Shown piece after piece: positions 57,457-64,000 of a DNA stretch of 64,000 bases (position 1 is its first letter; every line of letters begins with the position of its first letter). The notes beneath the pieces are model-generated. The model saw only the letters and a list, made by a program, of their open reading frames with translations, was not told where the DNA came from and searched no databases. A program made the position numbers and the translations under genes. Source of the stretch: an uncultured candidatus Porisulfidus sp. (GTDB lineage Bacteria > Pseudomonadota > Gammaproteobacteria > Poriferisulfidales > Oxydemutatoraceae); the NCBI GenBank assembly GCA_965200865.1, contig CBDAVG010000002.1, positions 1,746,712-1,810,711 of the forward strand, given 5' to 3'.

Positions 57457-59307
57457 ATGTCGAAACTTTATTTCAGGGTCGGTCCAATGGAGGGATTTAC
57501 CGGAAGTGACTTAGCAGATAAAAAAGAAGGCTATACAAATCCAATTAGAGAGTTGCTGCAAAATGCTCTAGATGCTTCCCACGAAGCACATAATAATGAG
57601 TGTAAAGTAAATATATACATTGAAACAATCTCGGCTCATCAAATACCGCATATTAAAGAATATAAAGAGGTCTTGCGTAAAGCCATTGAAACAGCAGAAA
57701 AACAAGGCAGTTATAATGAAAACTCAAAGCAAAGGGTGGCACTCATTAAAGAGGCTCTACACAAAGAAAAGCTAAAAGTCTTGTTGTTTGCCGATGACGG
57801 TATAGGAATGGAACAAAATCGTTTGGATGCCATACTGACCGGAGGCGTTAGTATTAAAGGCGATGAAAAATCAGGTGGTTCTTTCGGGGTGGGCAACTTA
57901 TCCAGCTATTCACTCTCATCGCTGTGCTATGTGCTTTATGCTACCAAGTATAAGGACAACGGTGCTACAAAAACATTGTTTACTGGTTCACCAATTTTAG
58001 CCGGGCATCAAGATGGAGAAACTCAGCGAGTCAAAAGAGGTAGGATTGTAGCAAAGGAGCCTAAAGATCCAGTGAATCCAAAGTTCACTTATCTCAACGA
58101 TCCTCCCCCTTTTATCAAACCTAAGATGCGTGAATTTAATACTGGCACCATCATAGCCATTCTAGGTTTGTCCGAAGATTGGAATGAGGATGCCGAATAC
58201 GCCATCGTTAGCAACTTCTTCCATGCTATTCCCTATGGTCATTTAAGCATTACCATCCATAAGAACGGTAGTTCAGAGAAAATCTCTTATGCTCGAGTTG
58301 AACAACTAATCAGTAGAAAAAAAGAGGGTAAAAGAGCAATGGGAGACAACATACTATCCGGCAAAACAGTCTTTCAAGCATGGCAGACGCTTCAAGAACA
58401 AGGCTCACAAAAAACCATTGAGCTTAGCAATGCGGATAAAGTTTGTGTTTTTATTAAAAACGACAAAAGCACCAATTCCGCTATCATACTGGTTAGGAAC
58501 GGGATGGTCGTCGCTCGCCATGACTCTATGTTATCTGTGGACATAGACAGGCTAAGAAAAGACACCGATTTTGAGCCTTTTACTGCGATTATTGATATTG
58601 ATAAAAAAGATGCCCCGGAGTTGTTTCGGCTGGTGAAAAATGCCGAAGGCCCGTATCACAATAAGTTGCAGAAAGGTGTGCTGATTAAAAAAGATGAAAA
58701 AGAACTGAAAAAACTACTAAAAGAATTAAGTGAGAAGATAAAGGAAGGTTACCTGAAAAAAATAGAGAGAGATTCTTTCAATTTGCCGTTGTTCACCATC
58801 CCTAGCGAAGCCCAAGAAAATGCCGGCGGTGTCAAAAAATCAGATGGGCAAGTAGAAGAGGCTTCGCCAGCACCTGGATCAAAGAAACCACCCAAACCTC
58901 AAAAGGAGCAAGTAGCGAGAGAAGATAGCGGAAACAACTCCGCACCCACTGTTATTTCCAGAGTGCTGGAGTCAAAGACTGCCGCTAGATATACAGAAAA
59001 TGGCAGCATATGGGAAGTGCAATTAAGAATTACTCCCACACAACAAGAAAATGATAAAGACAATGCCTACTTGTCAATAGGTTTAGGGGATGATAGCGAT
59101 GGCGAGCAATGCACCTACCTTGACTTCATAACAGCCGAATTGAACGGCGATAAAATTGAGATTTTTTATGACAATAAAAAGCAGATTAAATTGGGTTCGT
59201 TAAGCAAAGATACACAATACGATGTGGTCGCAAAAATCAAAAAACCGAATGATATCGGAGATGTGAAAGTGGCATTGCAACCACTGCTAGGGTTGAAACG
59301 ACGCTGA
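57457..59307 (+). CDS. GHKL/Bergerat-fold ATPase (HATPase_c_3, MORC/MutL-like N-terminal domain) with coiled-coil middle and unknown C-terminal domain; first gene of a 3-gene cassette
   Basis: Motif I ELLQNALDA, motif II FADDGIGME, motif III GGSFGVGN; 616 aa. Confidence 0.75.
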   Translation: MSKLYFRVGPMEGFTGSDLADKKEGYTNPIRELLQNALDASHEAHNNECKVNIYIETISAHQIPHIKEYKEVLRKAIETAEKQGSYNENSKQRVALIKEALHKEKLKVLLFADDGIGMEQNRLDAILTGGVSIKGDEKSGGSFGVGNLSSYSLSSLCYVLYATKYKDNGATKTLFTGSPILAGHQDGETQRVKRGRIVAKEPKDPVNPKFTYLNDPPPFIKPKMREFNTGTIIAILGLSEDWNEDAEYAIVSNFFHAIPYGHLSITIHKNGSSEKISYARVEQLISRKKEGKRAMGDNILSGKTVFQAWQTLQEQGSQKTIELSNADKVCVFIKNDKSTNSAIILVRNGMVVARHDSMLSVDIDRLRKDTDFEPFTAIIDIDKKDAPELFRLVKNAEGPYHNKLQKGVLIKKDEKELKKLLKELSEKIKEGYLKKIERDSFNLPLFTIPSEAQENAGGVKKSDGQVEEASPAPGSKKPPKPQKEQVAREDSGNNSAPTVISRVLESKTAARYTENGSIWEVQLRITPTQQENDKDNAYLSIGLGDDSDGEQCTYLDFITAELNGDKIEIFYDNKKQIKLGSLSKDTQYDVVAKIKKPNDIGDVKVALQPLLGLKRR

Positions 59308-59328
59308 AAAATCTAAAGAGTTACTGCA

Positions 59329-60198
59329 GTGTCAGATAATCTAATACTTGATTTTCCGATTCTAAGAGAGGACAGCAGTGATTTCCCGGCAACAATCGCT
59401 TACGAGGTCAAAGCCGAACAAAGCAACGGAAAACTACACCTAAGACACAGCCTCAAAGGTCGTTCATTTATTTCTCGTTTGCTGGAGCAAGGCAAAGCTA
59501 AATTTTCCGTTAGATTGCTTTACAAAGATAGTTTCGAGCGACAACATCACTTGTGTGACGAAAGCATCCTGCCCATGCAAGAGGGAATCATAGCCATCAC
59601 GCAAACCATACCAATGGACTTTTCTTATGCTCCAGAAGTTATGCCCAGCATTATCGTTTTGGAGGATGTGAAAGTCACCGTGGATGCTTCATCAGGGTTG
59701 ACTGATTTCTGGAGACCAGGCGAGTCCTTTTTCATACCTAGATATGCCCGCATTGCCATAGAGCCGAAATTAACCTTCTCTAAAGGCGATGTATATCATT
59801 TGATGAAACTAGAGCATGACGAAGACCTCGACAGCGGAGAGATGAGAGTGGAAGTCAACGAATATGCCGGAGAGGGTGAGATTCCCGTGTCCTTGCTATG
59901 TGGTAGCGATGTTTATGATCAACTAATAAAAGCCTCCCCAACAGAACCAAGAGACTCCAACCAGTCAATGGGTTCGGCTATCGCTACTCAAGCATTGTGT
60001 GCCACTTATGCATATATACACAATTTAGAACCCGACAATAAAGACGAAGTTGGCGGCGTGCTATTGAACCATCTGCAGATGTTAGAAGAGAACACCAGAC
60101 AAGACTGGAAAGATGAAGACTTCAACCCAAGTCTAGCTGCTACGAAAATGAATCCCTATGTCTTGCGTGTATTCAAAGCAGGATCCGATGATGAGTGA
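59329..60198 (+). CDS. hypothetical protein (289 aa), second gene of the GHKL cassette
   Basis: Starts 21 bp after the GHKL gene stop on the same strand and has codon usage similar to its neighbours; no known motif. Confidence 0.6.
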   Translation: MSDNLILDFPILREDSSDFPATIAYEVKAEQSNGKLHLRHSLKGRSFISRLLEQGKAKFSVRLLYKDSFERQHHLCDESILPMQEGIIAITQTIPMDFSYAPEVMPSIIVLEDVKVTVDASSGLTDFWRPGESFFIPRYARIAIEPKLTFSKGDVYHLMKLEHDEDLDSGEMRVEVNEYAGEGEIPVSLLCGSDVYDQLIKASPTEPRDSNQSMGSAIATQALCATYAYIHNLEPDNKDEVGGVLLNHLQMLEENTRQDWKDEDFNPSLAATKMNPYVLRVFKAGSDDE

Positions 60199-61027
60199 AT
60201 ACAGAAAACTTGATGAAAAAGTTTGGGGAGATTTTGGTAAGAAGCTAAACAAGAACAAAGGCTCGGAGGAGCAAAGAGAATTTCTCAGTGCTTGTAAATC
60301 AGGGAAAGATGATTTCCTGACATATCTTAAGCATAATAACTTGTCGGATAGTACTAACAAAGGTGAGCCAGTGAGCTTTATGTACCGATTTACTGAGAGA
60401 GAGTTCATCTACCCGCCTTACGATACTCAGGAAAAAATCTGGCAAGCGTTTAAGGAGCTACCCGATGAAGTAACATGCAGGTGTGGTTTCTGGGGATATG
60501 TGATTATCAAAATGATTGAGGATGGGCAGATCCAACCGTCTTATTTGGCATCGGAATCTAGTGACGCGAATAGCACAGGTAGTTATATGATTTACAATGC
60601 CCTAACATCCGCTGATACAGAAGAAATAGACGGTTGTGTTAGAAGGAGCTTACGCGCCATGTGCAATCCGGCACCAAGAGGGAAAAAGATCGTATTCAAT
60701 GACTTTTATCTCGGAAAGACTTACTGGCGATGGCGGTGGGCGCATAAAATGTCCGACATTATGGAGCCTGACCTCACACTAGAAATTCTGGATGAAAAAT
60801 ATTATGCTAGGGTTTCTGAAAAAATGCATAGCGGGAAAAGCTATATAAGCTCAAAAAACATATTCGGTGGACTATTGCTGTTCCTTGAAAAAAACAGAGA
60901 AGTTGGCAAGGAAAAATTGAAAGCAATCATTGACCAAATTGGATACCTGAGCGTATGGAAAGCACTTGAAGCACAAACCCCACAATCTAACCAAAAAGAA
61001 ATAGAAAAAATAGCCGAGCGGCTGTAA
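60189..61027 (+). CDS. hypothetical protein (~279 aa), third gene of the GHKL cassette
   Basis: Its start ATGATGAGTGA overlaps the stop of the preceding gene, indicating translational coupling. It contains a CRCGFWGY Cys pair and no known motif. Confidence 0.6.
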
Positions 61028-61029
61028 CG

Positions 61030-61560
61030 CATCGGCACAACTACAACCGCTCCGCGCCATTGAGCTTACAAAACTGGTAGGGGCGGAATAAAGCCGCCGA
61101 TTGGGCCAGTAGGTCAATCGGCGTGACTTTGTGCACAACCTGAACATGTTGTGCAAAACCACAATGTTAAACGAAATGTAGGGGCGGACTCATATGTCCG
61201 CCCTAACGCGACGTATTTGCACGATTTATACATTCATCCATCAAATTTATGCAAACCATAATCTTGTGGCGCGTAGCGGTTGGGTTTGTGCAGGACGGTA
61301 CCGTAGGGCGGACATGCGAGTCCGCCCCTACGGTTGGTTATCATAAATTTGAGGGCGCAAAGCGGTTACGTTTGTGCGATGACGGTACTTTTTCAACAGT
61401 CCCAAATGGATTGATTGTGCAGACGCAACGCGTTAGGGCAGAATAAAGCCGCCACTTGAGACAGTAGGTCAAGTGGCATTTCAATTGTCCACTCCTGCGG
61501 CATATGAAATACTTTTTCAACAGCACCAATACCCCCCCAAACACACTATTTCCGCACATC
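61030..61560. repeat. REP-like repeat cluster 16
   Basis: ggggcggaataaagccgccgattgggccagtaggtcaatcggcgtgac, tagggcggacatgcgagtccgcccctacgg and others. Confidence 0.85.
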
Positions 61561-61665
61561 TCATACCGTTTATCGGATATTTACTATCGTTCGTCTAAAT
61601 GTTTTTCCAGCGTATCAAACACTGATCCACACTAGGAGTTTTCATTAAACTTAAGGAGACTTATC

Positions 61666-62406
61666 ATGGAACAAACTAAATATTTATCATTTACACAAGA
61701 TGCCGTTCTCGAACGGTTTTTTACAAGCAATAAACAAGTACTCACCTCTCTGCTTAGAGAGTACTTCTCTATTACTGACAAAGTTTTGGATGTCATTGTT
61801 GTAGATACTGGAAGAGAAAAAACATTCGCTCGTTTTAGGCAAACATCCAATCCAGAAGATTTGCCAGATATTAATCGTGTCGTATTAGACCTGCTGGTGA
61901 AATTAAGTAGCGGGAAAAAAATTGGCATACAGCTACAAGTTGCTATAAACGAGGAAAAAAACTTCCGGGATCACATGATAACTGACTGGACTTTTCTGCA
62001 TTGTTATGACCAAAACATATGGGCAGAGGCTAGTAAGATCCATCCAACCTACTCGTTGATATTTGCACACTTCACAGTGTTTGAAGAAGCGCAAGATTAT
62101 ATAAGCGAACTAGCGTTGAAGCATAGTACACATCCAGAAAAAGATTATATAAGCACAATAACGTTGAGGCTCTGTAAATATCCAGCCCATGGTATAGATG
62201 CGGGTTTAAGGATGGTAGCAGTGGAACTGAATAAATTCAACAAAGGTTGTTCTGAACTGATTAATATGCAGGATAGATGGAATTATATTCTGAAACACTC
62301 GGCGGACTTGACAACCGAACAAGTAGCGCATCTATCACAAGACGAAGAGACAAAAATGGTATTGGAACATCTAGAGGAAATATCAAAAGATCGGAGTGTG
62401 GACTGA
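61666..62406 (+). CDS. hypothetical protein, possibly a PD-(D/E)XK nuclease-family (Rpn/YhgA-like putative transposase) relative
   Basis: 246 aa. VVDTG...IGIQLQV...F..R...Y resembles the D...(E/Q)xK core of the TIGR01784 family only weakly. Flanked by REP clusters. Confidence 0.4.
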   Translation: MEQTKYLSFTQDAVLERFFTSNKQVLTSLLREYFSITDKVLDVIVVDTGREKTFARFRQTSNPEDLPDINRVVLDLLVKLSSGKKIGIQLQVAINEEKNFRDHMITDWTFLHCYDQNIWAEASKIHPTYSLIFAHFTVFEEAQDYISELALKHSTHPEKDYISTITLRLCKYPAHGIDAGLRMVAVELNKFNKGCSELINMQDRWNYILKHSADLTTEQVAHLSQDEETKMVLEHLEEISKDRSVD

Positions 62407-62524
62407 TGTCACCCTATGTATTTAGTTGCTCAGCTTATTGTGCAAATTTATGTCAATTTGCGATTAGCAAAGTTATACACTGGTTTTATAATGGTATTTT
62501 GACCGCAACATATGGAGATCGGAT

Positions 62525-62779
62525 ATGTCAGGAATAGCACTTTATAACACATTAAGAAAGATAGACGGCGTATCCGATGCCGAAGCAAAGGAAGCCGTTG
62601 CCGATATTGCGAATTCAAAGGATGTGTTAACGAAGGCAGACTTAAAAGAAGGTTTGGCAGAACTGAAAGCAGATATTGAGGCACTGAAAGCAGATGTGAA
62701 GTGGATGTTAGGTTTATTACTGGTGATAAACGCTGCTCTTATTGTGTCGACTGTTAGCTTGCTGATCAGTTTTGTGTAG
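62525..62779 (+). CDS. DUF1640-like small coiled-coil protein with a C-terminal transmembrane helix (paralog of 4293..4520)
   Basis: LTKADLKEGLAELKADIEALKADVKWMLGLLLVINAALIV. Confidence 0.6.
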   Translation: MSGIALYNTLRKIDGVSDAEAKEAVADIANSKDVLTKADLKEGLAELKADIEALKADVKWMLGLLLVINAALIVSTVSLLISFV

Positions 62780-62789
62780 AGCAACTAAG

Positions 62790-63225
62790 GCTATCAAAAA
62801 AGTAACATCATCGCCCAAACGTAACCGCTTACGCCATTAAATTTACGAAACTGGTAGGGGAGGGCTAACATGGGACTGTTGAAAAATAGAACCGCCGATT
62901 GAGCCAGTAGGTCAATCGGCGTAACATTGTTCAGAACCTTAACAACCACCCCGTCAGATAGAACCGCCGATTGAACCAGTAGGTCAATCGGCGTGACCTT
63001 GTGCAGAACTTTAACTTGATTGCTAAATTCGTATATTATCCTTCGTACGCCATCCAATTTATGGGAACCAAAACCAAGTGGCGCGTAGCGGTTGGGTTTG
63101 TGCAGGACGGTACCGTAGGGCGGACATGCGAGTCCGCCCCTACCGTTTGCATAAATTCAATGGCGCAAGCGGTTGAATTTTTGCAATGACGGTACATTTT
63201 CAACAGCCCCACTTCCCTTAATATC
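62790..63225. repeat. REP-like repeat cluster 17
   Basis: Contains a ~125 bp segment identical to one in cluster 11, and tagggcggacatgcgagtccgcccctaccg. Confidence 0.85.
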
Positions 63226-63378
63226 GGCAATGATTCTGCCGAGGTGTCAGTGACTTAGAGAGTCCAATATGTATCTGGCATCGCACAATCCTTGTCATTG
63301 CGATCCTGAAATATATCAAATTTACCTAAATATACTAAAATTTTGATATATTTAGATAAACTTGTTATATTTACATCT

Positions 63379-64000
63379 ATGGACTATGAAGAACATGAGA
63401 TAGAAAACCCCTTTTCGCCAGGCGCAGGAGCCCCTCCGCCAGCATTAGTAGGTCGCTCGGAGATATTAGAAAAAGCCCGCCTCGCCATAGCTCGACTCCA
63501 ACGTGGAAAATCAGAAAAAAGTTTCCTATTGGTAGGTTTAAGAGGAGTAGGAAAAACGGTTCTTTTGAACAAAATCGACGGCATTGTAGAAAAATATAAC
63601 TGCCACTCCATTTATATAGAAGCACATGAGAAAAAACACTTTTCTACAAACCTAGCCGCTCACTTGCAGACACTACTGTTCAAACTCCAAAATAAAGGAA
63701 GTAGTCAAAAAATTAAAAAGGCCTTTCGTATACTTAAGAGCTTTCTGAAATCGCTAAAGCTAAAGTACGGCGATATTGAAATAAGTTTAGATTTAGATAT
63801 TGAACCGCAAAAAGGTTCTGCCGATAGCGGTGATTTGGAGATTGATGTTCCTATTCTCTTGGAACATGTCGGTGAAGCTATCAAAGAACACAATACGGTT
63901 TTAGTCCTTATACTGGACGAACTGCAATACTTATCGAAAAAAGAACTCAGTGCGCTTATTATGGCGTTTCATAGAATCGTACAAAAACAACTTCCTCTTA
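63379..64000 (+). CDS. P-loop ATPase (AAA_16/ATPase_2-like), N-terminal part; continues beyond the window end
   Basis: FSPGAGAPPPALVGRSEILEKARLAIARL, then Walker A GLRGVGKT and Walker B VLILDELQY. There is no stop codon before the window end. Confidence 0.65.
   Translation, partial: MDYEEHEIENPFSPGAGAPPPALVGRSEILEKARLAIARLQRGKSEKSFLLVGLRGVGKTVLLNKIDGIVEKYNCHSIYIEAHEKKHFSTNLAAHLQTLLFKLQNKGSSQKIKKAFRILKSFLKSLKLKYGDIEISLDLDIEPQKGSADSGDLEIDVPILLEHVGEAIKEHNTVLVLILDELQYLSKKELSALIMAFHRIVQKQLPL

Overview
This 64 kb window looks like gammaproteobacterial chromosome, probably from a Beggiatoaceae-like sulfur oxidizer; the taxonomic guess is inference from gene content, the giant gene and the repeat load. 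The housekeeping backbone is clear: a DUF484 gene fragment, dapF, nadK-recN, fur/bamE/rnfH/ratA/smpB, lolA-ftsK, argC, polA, tRNA-Phe, yggX-mutY-topA, priA, argS plus a SPOR protein, a PKHD hydroxylase and an ABC exporter. It also carries a SoeABC-like cytoplasm-facing molybdoenzyme, a candidate sulfite dehydrogenase. Nearly every intergenic gap is filled with clusters of composite palindromic REP/MITE-like repeats; I count about 17 clusters covering roughly 8% of the window, and these generate many spurious small ORFs. A 9.97 kb gene encodes a 3324 aa secreted protein built from four roughly 2.15 kb tandem supermodules rich in GLUG-type motifs. Mobile and accessory content includes an IS110-family element inserted exactly inside a REP unit, with a roughly 270 nt 5' noncoding arm that is a candidate bridge RNA. 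There are also two IS3-family remnants flanking a pair of GT25 LPS glycosyltransferase paralogs, one of which is split at an A7 tract, a likely phase-variation switch. Other low-GC genes include an orphan DPPY methyltransferase and a sulfotransferase-like gene. A low-GC island (about 53.7-61.0 kb) starts beside an unannotated tRNA-His. It holds a membrane protein with a near-perfect internal tandem duplication, a Panacea-domain antitoxin with a candidate toxin, a frameshifted IS481-family transposase, and a translationally coupled three-gene cassette: a 616 aa GHKL (Bergerat-fold) ATPase plus two proteins of unknown function. I regard that cassette as the best candidate for an undescribed defence-type system in this window.
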